Positions 1 through 10,741 of a stretch of 64,000 nucleotides of DNA are shown piece by piece. The notes beneath the pieces are model-generated. The model made no database searches, was not told the origin of the DNA, and worked only from the letters and a program-made list of their open reading frames with translations. Position 1 is the stretch's first letter, and every line of letters begins with the position of its first letter. Made by a program: the position numbers and the translations under genes. This DNA comes from Candidatus Woesearchaeota archaeon. Its GTDB lineage: Archaea > Nanobdellota > Nanobdellia > Woesearchaeales > GW2011-AR9. The DNA lies in assembly GCA_018696595.1 (NCBI GenBank), contig JABHQW010000008.1, forward strand, positions 96,001-160,000, in the 5' to 3' direction.

Positions 1-175
1 ACCCTTGATTAAGCAATATTTCTTCGGCGTTATTCCAATTACTATCATCAACAGAAATATCCAAATCAGTCCCCAGATCCCCTTGATTTAAGAGAAAAGC
101 ATAATTACGTAAAACACAATACTTGATGTTATTCTGATTAAATACTTGTAATATTTCTTTTATTTTTGGAATCAT
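1..175 (-). CDS. Partial gene (N-terminus only), nucleotidyltransferase-like protein of a glycan locus
   Basis: Hand translation from ATG at 175: MIPKIKEILQVFNQNNIKYCVLRNYAFLLNQGDLGTDLDISVDD...; a YxVLRNY...DxDI pattern resembles Pol-beta-like nucleotidyltransferase N-termini; runs off the window edge. Confidence 0.5.
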   Translation of the reverse strand, partial: MIPKIKEILQVFNQNNIKYCVLRNYAFLLNQGDLGTDLDISVDDSNWNNAEEILLNQG

Positions 176-194
176 TTTGCAATCGTTTTTGTAG

Positions 195-1682
195 TCATTT
201 TCTAAATAACTTAAAGTAATATTTCAATTCTTTTAAGCTCCAAACCTTAAAAAGCCAAGCTAAAAGTAGATATAATGTTCCAGCCATAGTAATGCTTAAG
301 ATAACATTTGCCCAAAGCCCAAAAGTTAAAACATCTTTTAAAAAGTTAATGAAAAACAAGAACATAATCGCCAACAAAGATAGTTTAATCCATTCCATAA
401 TACGAGATTTCATACCCAAGATGCGGTTCAAGAATATAGTTGATATAATAAAAACAATAAAATAACTCACAGAAGTAGCAATGGCCGCACCAATAATCCC
501 ATAGATAGGAATTAAAATAACGTTTAGAGTTACGTTGATTAAGGCAGCAATTACGATTGTAATTGTAACTACTTTTGGTTTGCCAATGCCAGAAATCATA
601 TTATTATTGATCCCAGCAATGATATAAAATAACACGCCCACTAAAAGTATTTGAAAAGAAACTGTTCCAACATTAAATTTTAATCCAAAAGATAAAGTTA
701 TAAAAAGTTTAGCAAAAGAGAATAAAGCAAGAATCATTGTACTCATAAAAAGAAAAGTATATTTATGTAATAAATTAATTCCTGCCGTCAATCGTTTAAA
801 ATCCTTCTTAGCAAACAATTCTGAAGTCATTGGAAAAACTACGGCTGACAAAGATGTCCCCACGAATAAAAATAACATTGCAGAAGGGAGGATTGCATTA
901 TAAACCCCAACCTGTTCTAAAGTTCCAAAGTAAGTTAATATTAAAGTATCTAAGTAACCAATAACTTTTCCCCCAATTCCAGTAAACAAAACAGGCAAAC
1001 CAAACAGAAACATTTTTTTAGTTGTTTTTTTAAATGAAATTAAGGGGTATTGAAAGAAAGGGAAAGTTCGTATTGCAAAAGGTAGCAATATGCAAAATAA
1101 AATTAATGACCCCACCACATATGCCCAGGCTGTCGCAAGAACAGTCTTATGCCCGAACATAAAGAATATAACCAAAGTTATTAGGATAATCCCATTTTTC
1201 AAAAATTCAAATAAAGAAAAAACCCTGAAGTTCTGAAAACCTCTTAAAATATATTTAGTCATCTTAAAAAAAACGCTGAGAATAATATACATGATAAATA
1301 ACTTAATTAAACTTTCCGCCATGGCTTCTTTAAAGTAACTAGTTGCTAAAAAACCAGCAAAAAAATAAAGAAAGAAACTAAAAATAATAGAACTGATTAA
1401 TTGAAAAAATAGAGTTACAAAAGTAATTGTGGTAATTAAATGTAATTTATTACTTACCTTAAACTCGGCAATATACTTGACTAATGCAGTTCCTAAACCA
1501 AGATCTCTAAAAAACAACAAGAACATTACTAAATTAAAAACGGCATAAAACAAACCATATTCTGTAATACTAAGATTTCTTGCAAGAATAATTTTTGTTG
1601 TAAAAGCTAACAGATTTGCTAATGCATTCATTACGAAAATTAGGGTTGCGCCAACAAGTGCTTTTCTAAAATAATTAACCAT
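195..1682 (-). CDS. Polysaccharide flippase (Wzx/MOP family)
   Basis: About 14 hydrophobic segments; N-terminal 'IILARNLSITEYGLF...DLGLGTALVKYIAE' and 'QVGVYNAI' patterns typical of MOP flippases. Confidence 0.9.
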   Translation of the reverse strand: MVNYFRKALVGATLIFVMNALANLLAFTTKIILARNLSITEYGLFYAVFNLVMFLLFFRDLGLGTALVKYIAEFKVSNKLHLITTITFVTLFFQLISSIIFSFFLYFFAGFLATSYFKEAMAESLIKLFIMYIILSVFFKMTKYILRGFQNFRVFSLFEFLKNGIILITLVIFFMFGHKTVLATAWAYVVGSLILFCILLPFAIRTFPFFQYPLISFKKTTKKMFLFGLPVLFTGIGGKVIGYLDTLILTYFGTLEQVGVYNAILPSAMLFLFVGTSLSAVVFPMTSELFAKKDFKRLTAGINLLHKYTFLFMSTMILALFSFAKLFITLSFGLKFNVGTVSFQILLVGVLFYIIAGINNNMISGIGKPKVVTITIVIAALINVTLNVILIPIYGIIGAAIATSVSYFIVFIISTIFLNRILGMKSRIMEWIKLSLLAIMFLFFINFLKDVLTFGLWANVILSITMAGTLYLLLAWLFKVWSLKELKYYFKLFRK

Positions 1683-1683
1683 T

Positions 1684-3645
1684 TTATACTATCTTAAAAA
1701 CAACGTAAAGATTCTCTTTTTGATAAATTGGTTGGAATGATGGTGAACTAACAAACCCATTTATTCTTTCCTGGAATTTCTTATTTACTTGTTCCTCATC
1801 ACCACAATCGGGGGTCAAATATTTTAAATCTCCAATTCCCGCTAGAAGGTATTCGTATTTGTTCCTTTTTAAAAAAGAATATAATTCTTCATTGTTTAAG
1901 CCCATGATACATTGATCTCTGGTATTTTCAATAATGTCTTCACACCAAGTACAACTAAATGCATCAAAACCGGCCATTAAATGGTTTCGATCAGAGTAAG
2001 TAAAAACTGAAGTCCCTTTAGGTAATGTTGCAAACCACTCCGCATATTCAAATGCAACTTGGGGATTCCCACCACCAAAATAGCCATACGTTGGCCAAAT
2101 GGCAGTATTAGCAGAATATTTTTGATGAGCTGAAGTCAATACAACCCCTGAAACAACAACCAATAAAACTATGATTATGGGGATCCCTACTTTCTTCAAA
2201 GAGTTTTTAATCAACCAATAGCCTTCAGCTGCCAATAAAGAAATAGGAATTGCTAAAAGCATCCAGAATCTAAAAGCAATAAGTCCCACAGGAAGATTAA
2301 ATGTCATACTATTAACTCCAAGGAAAGTAAAAATAAACCAGCCTATAGTTACAGGCAACCAATAATTTTTATTCCTAAAAGTTTTCTTGTAGAATATTAA
2401 TGAAGACAAAACCCCAATAACAAGTAGAATACTAATAAAAATACCTACTCCAATTGGATTATTGATCATATTATTATGTTGAGCAAAGAAAAAATCACCA
2501 AAAGTATACGCTCTCGTTGCTGAACCCACATCTGGTGGAAACATGGATAATATCCTACTAAATAAGCTACTACTACCAGAAGTTTCTGCAATCTTGAATC
2601 CACCCAAGCCAAGAGCCTGAGCAATTCCGCTTGCCCCCTTATATTTTGTCAACATATTACCCCACCATATAAATGAAATAACATATCCAGCAACAATACT
2701 AATAAAAGACCATCTTAGAAATTTCTTAGCTAAAATAGATTTAATAACAAAATAAATTAATAACAGAAAACCAATCTTAATTGGTTGAGTTGGTTGTGAG
2801 ACTGCTATGCTCGCAATCGTTAGTGCAGCAGGACACATCCATTTCTTATTTTCATCAATCTTTTCTAAACAATACATAGATACAAAGAAAAGAGCAGGAA
2901 TCAATGAATGAGCCCAAATAAAATGACTAAGATAACAAGGAATCGCAGCTAGAATAAATGTTGCAAATAACGCTTTATTACTTGAACCAATAAAGTTTCT
3001 GGCAAAGAAAAAGAAAAATATAATGCTTAATGATATAATTAAAGCATTAAAAAACTTCAGAGTCCAATTAATAGAATCATTTGTTTGATACAATAAAGCC
3101 ATTAAAATGTCATAAGCAGGAGGGTAAGGGTCCAAATAAGTCAGTTGATCATTATGCCTGTCAAGAATCTCCCTAGGAGGATCATAAGCCGTCTTTTCTA
3201 ATGAAATATATTGGGCCCCATTTGCGTGTGACCAAGGATCAGCATTTTCTAAATAAGGATATGCTGTTGCCCCAGTATAATACATAAAAAATGTTGCTCC
3301 AAAAATAATCAGAAGTGTAAACATAATCAAATGAGATTTTTTTATTTTCAAGTTTGGTTTAAATTTAAACTTAAACTGGTCAAGATGAATAGGTTTATTC
3401 TTAATACTAACAATAAATTTAATTAAAGGATAAATTAAACCAATAGAAAGAAATATTCTCCAATCCAGAGGAATTCTAACAAAGTTAAAGAAAACAGACA
3501 CTATTAAAATAACCCCTAAACCAATTCCTAAAATCATAAAAAAAGATTCCCATTTATCAACAATTTTCAATTTAAGAAGAGAAGTCATAGTATAACCAAA
3601 CCCAAGTAAGTATACAAAAAATAAGATTATTGTTAGTATATCCAT
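1684..3645 (-). CDS. Polytopic membrane protein, probable GT-C-fold glycosyltransferase
   Basis: Multiple TM helices; first external loop with 'ENADPWSH' and 'DPYPPAYD'; soluble C-terminal domain; glycan-locus context. Confidence 0.55.
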   Translation of the reverse strand: MDILTIILFFVYLLGFGYTMTSLLKLKIVDKWESFFMILGIGLGVILIVSVFFNFVRIPLDWRIFLSIGLIYPLIKFIVSIKNKPIHLDQFKFKFKPNLKIKKSHLIMFTLLIIFGATFFMYYTGATAYPYLENADPWSHANGAQYISLEKTAYDPPREILDRHNDQLTYLDPYPPAYDILMALLYQTNDSINWTLKFFNALIISLSIIFFFFFARNFIGSSNKALFATFILAAIPCYLSHFIWAHSLIPALFFVSMYCLEKIDENKKWMCPAALTIASIAVSQPTQPIKIGFLLLIYFVIKSILAKKFLRWSFISIVAGYVISFIWWGNMLTKYKGASGIAQALGLGGFKIAETSGSSSLFSRILSMFPPDVGSATRAYTFGDFFFAQHNNMINNPIGVGIFISILLVIGVLSSLIFYKKTFRNKNYWLPVTIGWFIFTFLGVNSMTFNLPVGLIAFRFWMLLAIPISLLAAEGYWLIKNSLKKVGIPIIIVLLVVVSGVVLTSAHQKYSANTAIWPTYGYFGGGNPQVAFEYAEWFATLPKGTSVFTYSDRNHLMAGFDAFSCTWCEDIIENTRDQCIMGLNNEELYSFLKRNKYEYLLAGIGDLKYLTPDCGDEEQVNKKFQERINGFVSSPSFQPIYQKENLYVVFKIV

Positions 3646-3647
3646 AT

Positions 3648-5066
3648 TTAACCCTTCATAACAGAGAAATGATAAACCTCTATCCCCTTATAAGTTTTAT
3701 TAAAGTCAAGAATTAAGTTTTTTTCTGCTTGTTCCAGATAATAATCAATATCGTTATAGTTATGAGAGAGAATCAACCAAAAACCTTTGCTTGAGAGTAA
3801 TGGAAAAGAATAATTATTTTCAGTATTAAGACCCATGATTTTTGATTTTCCTTGGTAGTAATAATCAAACGGAACAATAGCAGATGAACTATCAAATAAG
3901 ATTATTTCTCCTTTTTTTTCTTTTAGACTTATTAACTCAGAGACATTATCCCATTCCTCTTTTGTGATATCTTGATAATATAGTTGTAAGGAAGAAAAAG
4001 ACAATATAATAATTAAGACAATAACACTTATTCTTAATAATTTCTTCTTAGTTAAGCTAATTATGTATGCAAAGAAAACAAAAAGAAACGGCAATAAAAA
4101 TAAAGTATACCTGGTTAAGAAAAATGGAGAGTAGAGAGATTTGACAAATATTAGAATTAAAAAGAAATAGATGATAACCAAAAGTAAAAGAAAATTGTGA
4201 TTAATAAAAAAGAAAAAGTTAACAATTTTCTTCCAATTTCTAACAACAACAAATATAGTCAAAATAAGTGAGATAATTGGAATTAAAAATAAGATAATAC
4301 CAAGATTTGCAACACTTGAAGATAATCCCCACTTATTTATGAAAATGTTGATTAAAATATTATTGTACCAAAAAAACTTAGTTATAAATTTTGGTAAAAA
4401 TGGAATAAAAAGTAAAATAATTATTAACTGGCTGATAAACCATCTCTTTAGAGATGTACCCTTTTTATAAAATAAGGATAATAAAATGATGTTTTGAACA
4501 AGAAAAATTAACAAACCAAAATAATGGATAGCATTTAAGAATGCACCTACAACTCCAAAGAAAAAATAAAGAAAAAGGCTGCTTTTTTTAGAATCCTTGT
4601 TTACAAAACCCTTAATTAATTTTACAAATATAAAAAAAGATAAAATTGTCAAAGTAGTAAAAAAAGAGAAAACTCTGGCTTCTTGAGAATAAATTATATC
4701 GAATAGTGAAATTGAAATCAATAGTGCTGATAATATTGCTACTTTTTTATCAAACAACTCTTTTGCCAAAAGGTATAGTAAGATTATAGAAATAACACCA
4801 CACAATAAAGAGAAAAAACGTAAAGCGAACATAGAAAGACCAAAAATCTCTGACCAAAGATGTAAAATAATAAAATATACTGACGGCTTAGTCTCGGTAA
4901 TTTCTGCTTGATCAATCACACCACCAATATTATCTTGATTAATTGATAATATCGTATATCCTTCATCAAACCAAAGATTTTCTTTATCTAAATCATAAAA
5001 TCGCAATCCAAAACCCAAGAGAACTATTAAAGCCAAAATAATTAAGGGAACATATCTTTTTTTCAT
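3648..5066 (-). CDS. GT-C glycosyltransferase (GT39/PMT/ArnT-like)
   Basis: 'LRFYDLDKENLWFDEGYT', 'ALRFFSLLCG' and 'YSQEARVF' are characteristic of PMT_2-type enzymes. Confidence 0.85.
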   Translation of the reverse strand: MKKRYVPLIILALIVLLGFGLRFYDLDKENLWFDEGYTILSINQDNIGGVIDQAEITETKPSVYFIILHLWSEIFGLSMFALRFFSLLCGVISIILLYLLAKELFDKKVAILSALLISISLFDIIYSQEARVFSFFTTLTILSFFIFVKLIKGFVNKDSKKSSLFLYFFFGVVGAFLNAIHYFGLLIFLVQNIILLSLFYKKGTSLKRWFISQLIIILLFIPFLPKFITKFFWYNNILINIFINKWGLSSSVANLGIILFLIPIISLILTIFVVVRNWKKIVNFFFFINHNFLLLLVIIYFFLILIFVKSLYSPFFLTRYTLFLLPFLFVFFAYIISLTKKKLLRISVIVLIIILSFSSLQLYYQDITKEEWDNVSELISLKEKKGEIILFDSSSAIVPFDYYYQGKSKIMGLNTENNYSFPLLSSKGFWLILSHNYNDIDYYLEQAEKNLILDFNKTYKGIEVYHFSVMKG

Positions 5067-5075
5067 TTTTCTGAT

Positions 5076-6167
5076 TTACAACTTTTGTTGTAAGATAGAT
5101 ATTATCCTTTCTGCAGTTTTACCATCACCATAGGGATTTGTCCAAGACCGATCCTTTTTAGTCATCTCTTTAGTTCCATTCAATACCGATTCTGGCTCAA
5201 CTCCGACTAAAATATTACTACCAACATTTAATGTTTCGGGTCTTTCAGTATTATCTCTAAGAGTCACACACGGAACCTTTAAAACACAACTCTCCTCTTG
5301 CATCCCGCCCGAATCAGTCATAATTAGGTGAGAATTTTTTTGTAATTGTAAAAATTCCAAGTACCCTAAAAGGGGAATCGTCTTAACACATCCTGGAACT
5401 TTTAAATTAAACTTTTCCAACATTTTAATTGTTCTTGGATGAATGGGCCAAACAATTGGCAAGCCATGGTATTCTGCAACCAAAGAAATGCTGTCAAGTA
5501 ATTTTAATAATCTAGGTTCAAAATCAACATTTTCTTGTCGATGAGATGACATAAGAATATACTGCCCCTTCTTTAATTCAAACCTTTGCAAAACATTACT
5601 CTTACGATCAGACAATTCAATATTTTGTGAAAGAGCATCAACAACTGTGTTTCCAGTAACAAAAATCTTATTTTGATCATGGTTTTCTTTAAGAAGATTG
5701 TTTTCAGTTGTAAGGGTCGGAGTAAAAAGAAAATCTGATAAATTATCAATTATTATTCTATGAGTTTCCTCCAACATTTGAATATCATCACTTCTAAGTC
5801 CTGCTTCTACGTGCCCAAGGGGAATTCTTAGTTGAGTCGCAGCTAATCCACCAGCTAACACAGAATTAGTATCACCAATAACTAAAACCACACTCGGTTT
5901 TTCCTGTTTAAGAATTTTTTTAATATTTGGAAGCATAGTACTTAATTGAAACTTAAATGCCCCCACCCCTCCTTGAATATGATATTTTGGAAGTGGCAAT
6001 TCCAATTCTTCAAAAAAGAGTTTATCTAAGTCATAAGAATAATGTTGCCCAGTATGAATAATAAAATAATCAGTACCTCTTTGTTCACAACACCTAATTA
6101 AAGAACATGCTTTAATTATCTCTGGTCTGGTCCCCAGAACAATACAAACTTTCATTAAACAATCCAC
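5076..6167 (-). CDS. wecB: UDP-N-acetylglucosamine 2-epimerase (non-hydrolysing)
   Basis: 'GTRPEIIK', 'HTGQHY', 'HVEAGLRS', 'TDSGGMQEE', 'NPYGDG' motifs. Confidence 0.97.
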   Translation of the reverse strand: MDCLMKVCIVLGTRPEIIKACSLIRCCEQRGTDYFIIHTGQHYSYDLDKLFFEELELPLPKYHIQGGVGAFKFQLSTMLPNIKKILKQEKPSVVLVIGDTNSVLAGGLAATQLRIPLGHVEAGLRSDDIQMLEETHRIIIDNLSDFLFTPTLTTENNLLKENHDQNKIFVTGNTVVDALSQNIELSDRKSNVLQRFELKKGQYILMSSHRQENVDFEPRLLKLLDSISLVAEYHGLPIVWPIHPRTIKMLEKFNLKVPGCVKTIPLLGYLEFLQLQKNSHLIMTDSGGMQEESCVLKVPCVTLRDNTERPETLNVGSNILVGVEPESVLNGTKEMTKKDRSWTNPYGDGKTAERIISILQQKL

Positions 6168-7192
6168 CCCGGATTTGGTTTCTCATACTGCCAGAGAACT
6201 GATTGAAGTGCAAACATGGTGACCCAAGAATTAACGTCAGAGGAAGTTTCCCCACTTAGCTTCATATTATAAACTAATCCCTCAAATTGGTGTTGTAATT
6301 TTCTTAAGAAAGAAGTACCCAAGAGGATATTCTCTTTATACTTCTCAGAATCAGCAAATAACCAAATTCTAATTGCTTGCGAAGTTGCATCCCCTTGTTT
6401 TTCTAATTCAACATTTTCTTTAAAATACCAATTATACAAACTACCATCTTTATTTTGTTGTTTAGCTAGCCATTCTGCGGATAATTGTATGGGTTCATTA
6501 TATTGAGAGTACCCTTTAGATGTTAGAAAAATCAACCCTTCTGTAGCATAACAATGAGGATGAGTATAAACATAATCTTGTTCTTTGTTTATAGTAAAAT
6601 AATTTTCTTTAAAAGCCCCCATTATCTCGTTGGTTAAACTCTCTGCTAGAACTTTATATTTCTCATCATTAAAGTATTCTGCAGCTTCAATTAGGGCCAT
6701 AGTATTCTTAATCAAAAGAGAACCATAACTTAAAGACCACCTTGTTTTGTCAAAAATAGCTAAATCTTGTTTATCATATACTAATTCTTTCTTTTGTAGA
6801 GAGTTATAAATAAATTCAATCATTTTCTTCATAGCGTTTTTATGGGAATCACTTAACTCACTAACTTTACTTAATGCAATTAAACCTGAAAAACAAATAG
6901 CAGTATCAAAGACATACTTGAATTCTTCCCTACCAACTGAACCATCTTCATTCAAATTCTCACTTAAGTAATCTGCAGAGGTTATTGCTTTTTCTAAATA
7001 CTTAGGCTCATTATATAACAGATATAAATAAGAGAAAGTCTTAACATAATATCCAATTATTTCAAAATAAATATAACCAGGTTTATCGGAATTAGTCCAA
7101 CTATAAACAGCTCCATCTTCTGAGCAAATTTCAGAATTAGACAACCAATTAATCATTTGATGAGTAAATAATTTTAATTCTTCAGGAGCCAT
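6155..7192 (-). CDS. (alpha/alpha)6-toroid protein of unknown function (six-hairpin glycosidase/prenyltransferase-like)
   Basis: Repeated helical units such as 'AEWLAKQQNKDGS' and 'ADYLSENLNEDGS'; 'YFEIIGY', 'FDTA' and 'HPHCYATEGL' motifs; embedded in the glycan locus. Confidence 0.55.
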   Translation of the reverse strand: MAPEELKLFTHQMINWLSNSEICSEDGAVYSWTNSDKPGYIYFEIIGYYVKTFSYLYLLYNEPKYLEKAITSADYLSENLNEDGSVGREEFKYVFDTAICFSGLIALSKVSELSDSHKNAMKKMIEFIYNSLQKKELVYDKQDLAIFDKTRWSLSYGSLLIKNTMALIEAAEYFNDEKYKVLAESLTNEIMGAFKENYFTINKEQDYVYTHPHCYATEGLIFLTSKGYSQYNEPIQLSAEWLAKQQNKDGSLYNWYFKENVELEKQGDATSQAIRIWLFADSEKYKENILLGTSFLRKLQHQFEGLVYNMKLSGETSSDVNSWVTMFALQSVLWQYEKPNPGWIV

Positions 7193-7259
7193 CTTTTATT
7201 TCTTCTTTTTTATTCTTACCGATTATTATTACTGACTACTCTTACTATTTTGGTGCTTG

Positions 7260-8237
7260 CTATTTTGATGTTTTCTGATTCTTAACAAATTCGATATTTC
7301 TCTTCAATCCTTCTTCAAAAGAAACTTTTGGTTCCCAACCAAATAATTGTTTAGCATAAGAATAATCACCACACAAACGATCTACTTCGGCCGCTCTTTC
7401 TTCTACATGAACAATCTCAGAAACACTATTGGTTAATTCTTTTATTTTTTGAGCACAATAATTTACAGAATAATCTTTACCAGTGGCAAAATTTACTGCT
7501 TTCCCTACTGCGTCTGGGTGGGACCCCATTATCAAAAATCCTTCTACTGCATCGTCAACATAAAGTAAATCTCGACTTTGTTCACCATTACCATAAACAG
7601 TAATTGGCTTCCCTTCCAAAGCTAAATTAATAAATTTTGGCACCATGTCATAAGTATGTCTTGGTCCAAACATATTAAATGGTCGAATAATTGAAACTGG
7701 AACCCCATAAGTGTTCCAATAAGCAAAACTATATCGATCTGCAGCAACTTTTGATGCAGCATATGGCGAAGTTGGATTTAACGGATGTTTTTCATCAATT
7801 GGAACGTATTGGGCAGTACCATAAGCTTCACTCGAAGAAGTACAAACTACTCTTTTAATATTCTTATTTAATCTAGCAGCCTCTAAAATATTTAATGTGC
7901 CAATTAGATTAGTTTCCATAACTTCAAAAGGATGATCAAAAGAAAAAGGCACATAAGCTTTTGCTGCCAAATGGAAAATCACTTCAGGACCATTACGATT
8001 AATTAAATTAATTGCATCCTTATCTGCAATATCTCCAGTGATAATTTCTTCAAATTCATCAACTAAGTGTGCGATTTTTCCCAATTGACATTGGATAGGG
8101 CCATCACTTGTTTTTTCTTTAACATAAACTGAAACTTTCGCTCCTAATTTTAACAATGCTTCTGTCAAATGTGATCCCACAAATCCATCAGGACCAGTGA
8201 TTAAAACTTTTTTTCCTTGCCAGTGTGTATTTTCCAT
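7260..8237 (-). CDS. NAD-dependent nucleotide-sugar epimerase/dehydratase (extended SDR)
   Basis: 'ITGPDGFVG' Rossmann motif, 'TSSSEAYG', catalytic 'YAASK', 'RPFNMFGP'. Confidence 0.93.
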   Translation of the reverse strand: MENTHWQGKKVLITGPDGFVGSHLTEALLKLGAKVSVYVKEKTSDGPIQCQLGKIAHLVDEFEEIITGDIADKDAINLINRNGPEVIFHLAAKAYVPFSFDHPFEVMETNLIGTLNILEAARLNKNIKRVVCTSSSEAYGTAQYVPIDEKHPLNPTSPYAASKVAADRYSFAYWNTYGVPVSIIRPFNMFGPRHTYDMVPKFINLALEGKPITVYGNGEQSRDLLYVDDAVEGFLIMGSHPDAVGKAVNFATGKDYSVNYCAQKIKELTNSVSEIVHVEERAAEVDRLCGDYSYAKQLFGWEPKVSFEEGLKRNIEFVKNQKTSK

Positions 8238-8375
8238 TATTGATACCCCGTCATGAGATTATTATAAGATTATTATAACAAGGAGAAAGCCCCTATTCGC
8301 TTTATAAATATTGTTAAACATTGTCAAGTGAAATGTACTTACTTCCCTGTGACAGAAGAGACAAAGAGTAGTAAA

Positions 8376-9074
8376 TTAAAACCACCGATATCCAAATATT
8401 CTTACCATTCCTTTGATATAACGTAAACCATGTTCAGATAATACAAATTTTGATTCGCCCTTTTCCCTATCAACAGAATTAAAACCAACTTCTGAAATCT
8501 TTGCACCTTTTTTCATTAACTTAACTAAAATTTCAAGTTCAACTTCAAATCCTTCTTCTTTCGTTTTTAAGCCCTTCAATATTTCTTTACGATATGCTCT
8601 AAAACCAGAAGTAACATCCTTTAATTGAGACAAGATCATCAACTTGGTGAAAAAGTTAGTAATTTTACTAAGAAGATCAGATTTTAAAGGTACGCCCTTG
8701 ACTCCAGCTCCCTTAACATACCTTGAACCAATTACAATATCATTATTGGAATCTAATCTATTAACCAATCTGGAGATTATTTTTGGAGGATGAGCTAAAT
8801 CTGAGTCCATAGTAACAATGATTCTTCCTTTGGCAGCTTTAAAACCAATTGGTAATGCGTATCCTAAGTTCTTATTTGGGGCATAACTAATCAGTTTAAT
8901 TTTAGAATAATTCTTCTGAAATTGTTTGATTATTTTTTCAGTCTGATCAGAACTACCATCATTAACAAAAATCAATTCATATTCTTCATTTAAATCAATT
9001 TGTTTAAAGAAAGTAACTATAAAACTAGGTAAAACCTCTTCTTCATTATAAACAGGAACAATTATTGAAATCAT
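8376..9074 (-). CDS. GT2 glycosyltransferase, polyprenol-monophosphomannose synthase-like
   Basis: 'IIVPVYNEE', 'VNDGSSD', 'MDSDLAH', 'IVIGSRY', 'DVTSGFRAY'. Confidence 0.93.
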   Translation of the reverse strand: MISIIVPVYNEEEVLPSFIVTFFKQIDLNEEYELIFVNDGSSDQTEKIIKQFQKNYSKIKLISYAPNKNLGYALPIGFKAAKGRIIVTMDSDLAHPPKIISRLVNRLDSNNDIVIGSRYVKGAGVKGVPLKSDLLSKITNFFTKLMILSQLKDVTSGFRAYRKEILKGLKTKEEGFEVELEILVKLMKKGAKISEVGFNSVDREKGESKFVLSEHGLRYIKGMVRIFGYRWF

Positions 9075-9700
9075 TTTTTCCTAAATACCCCATATAAAAC
9101 TAAAGTTAAAAAATTTCTGATTCTTAAACATCTAAAACCCAAAAACATTTTTATAAACGATTTTCTATCATAAGTTCTGTTAATGGGTTCATCATTGGGA
9201 TTTTTTTTACCAGTGATTATTCTTCGCAAGAACATTGAATTATAAATACTATATTTCCACGGAACTTCCGCAACTACAATTCCCCCTGGTCTGAGAATCC
9301 GATGCATTTCTTTAATTGTTTTTTGGGGATTATCTAAATATTGGATTAAACCAGTATTTACAATAACATCAAAAGAATTATCTTCAAAATTAAGTTTCTC
9401 TGAATCCATTACTTTAAATCCGATCATTGGAAAGTTTTTTTTTGCTCTTTCGATTGCCCAAGAAGATAAATCCACCCCCATCGTTTTCCCACTCCTCTTA
9501 AACAAATCAAAAGTATTTACTCCCGTTCCACAAGCTAAGTCTAAAATTCTTTTGTTTTTATATTTGGTTAATGACAAGATAAATTTTATTTTCAAACCAT
9601 AAAACAAACGTTCTAAGAGGTTGCCTTTCTTTCTCGCTTTATACCAATCATAACGAGCAGAATTAACCCAATATTCCTTAACTTTTTCTTTTTCTACCAT
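9071..9700 (-). CDS. Class I SAM-dependent methyltransferase
   Basis: 'ILDLACGTG', 'GVDLS', 'FEDNSFDVI', 'RILRPGG'. Confidence 0.93.
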   Translation of the reverse strand: MVEKEKVKEYWVNSARYDWYKARKKGNLLERLFYGLKIKFILSLTKYKNKRILDLACGTGVNTFDLFKRSGKTMGVDLSSWAIERAKKNFPMIGFKVMDSEKLNFEDNSFDVIVNTGLIQYLDNPQKTIKEMHRILRPGGIVVAEVPWKYSIYNSMFLRRIITGKKNPNDEPINRTYDRKSFIKMFLGFRCLRIRNFLTLVLYGVFRKK

Positions 9701-9839
9701 GTAATACTTTTCATAACAGGATTATATAAAACTTACGAAAGGAGATTCAATTTAAATTAGAAGTACATAAGTTATATAAATAACTATTTTTGCATTCTTT
9801 AATAAATTAAAATATTTATAGATCCCACCCGAACAAAAA

Positions 9840-10715
9840 ATGAAAATAATAATAACGATTCCGGCTTACAATGAAGAAAAAACTCTTCCTAAAGTAATTG
9901 CAGAGATCAGGCAAGTGATGGAAAAAACTGATTATGATTACCAAATTATGGTTCTTAATGATGGAAGTATAGATCAAACAAAAAGAGTGGCAGAAGAAGC
10001 AGGAGCAATTGTTTTTTCCAATAAAAGAAATAAAGGGTTAGCTGATACATTTAAGCATGAGATTAAAAGATGTTTAGAATTAAATGCAGATATTATTGTT
10101 CACACTGATGCTGATGGTCAATATCCCGCAATATATATCCCCCAACTTATTGAAAAATTAAATAAAGGTTATGATCTCATTTTAGGTAGCAGATTTGGCA
10201 AAGGAAATTATTCTGGATCTTTAATGAAAAACATTGGAAACAAAACATTTGCTAAAGTTTTCTCGGGATTATTAAAGGTTAAACTAACAGACACTACCAC
10301 GGGATTTAGAGCTTTTACTAGAGAAGTTGCTGAGCTTCCTCTGATCAATAATTTTACTTACACACAAGAACAATTAATCAGAGCCGGAAAAGAAAAAATG
10401 AAAATTGGTGAAGTCCCAATAACAACAAATAGAACAAGAAAAAGTCGATTATTTAAAAATCCGTTTGATTATGCAATTAAAGCTTGGATAAACATATTTA
10501 GAATTTATCGAGATTTTGAACCAATAAGGTTTTTTGGGCTAATTGGATTCTTAAGTATTATTTTTGGAATGTTAATTGGAGTTTATTTTGTATACTTGCA
10601 TTTTACATCTGGAATCTCAGGACATTTAGGTCTTTTATTTCTAATGTTAATTCTACTTGTTTTTGGGGTTCAGACAATATTATTTGGTTTTATAGCAGAT
10701 ATGATTAGGAAATAA
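9840..10715 (+). CDS. GT2 glycosyltransferase with C-terminal TM helices
   Basis: 'IPAYNEE', 'NDGSID', 'DADGQY', 'DTTTGFRAF'; two C-terminal TM segments. Confidence 0.93.
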   Translation: MKIIITIPAYNEEKTLPKVIAEIRQVMEKTDYDYQIMVLNDGSIDQTKRVAEEAGAIVFSNKRNKGLADTFKHEIKRCLELNADIIVHTDADGQYPAIYIPQLIEKLNKGYDLILGSRFGKGNYSGSLMKNIGNKTFAKVFSGLLKVKLTDTTTGFRAFTREVAELPLINNFTYTQEQLIRAGKEKMKIGEVPITTNRTRKSRLFKNPFDYAIKAWINIFRIYRDFEPIRFFGLIGFLSIIFGMLIGVYFVYLHFTSGISGHLGLLFLMLILLVFGVQTILFGFIADMIRK

Positions 10716-10741
10716 ATAGAAGATTAAGAAATAGATAAAGT

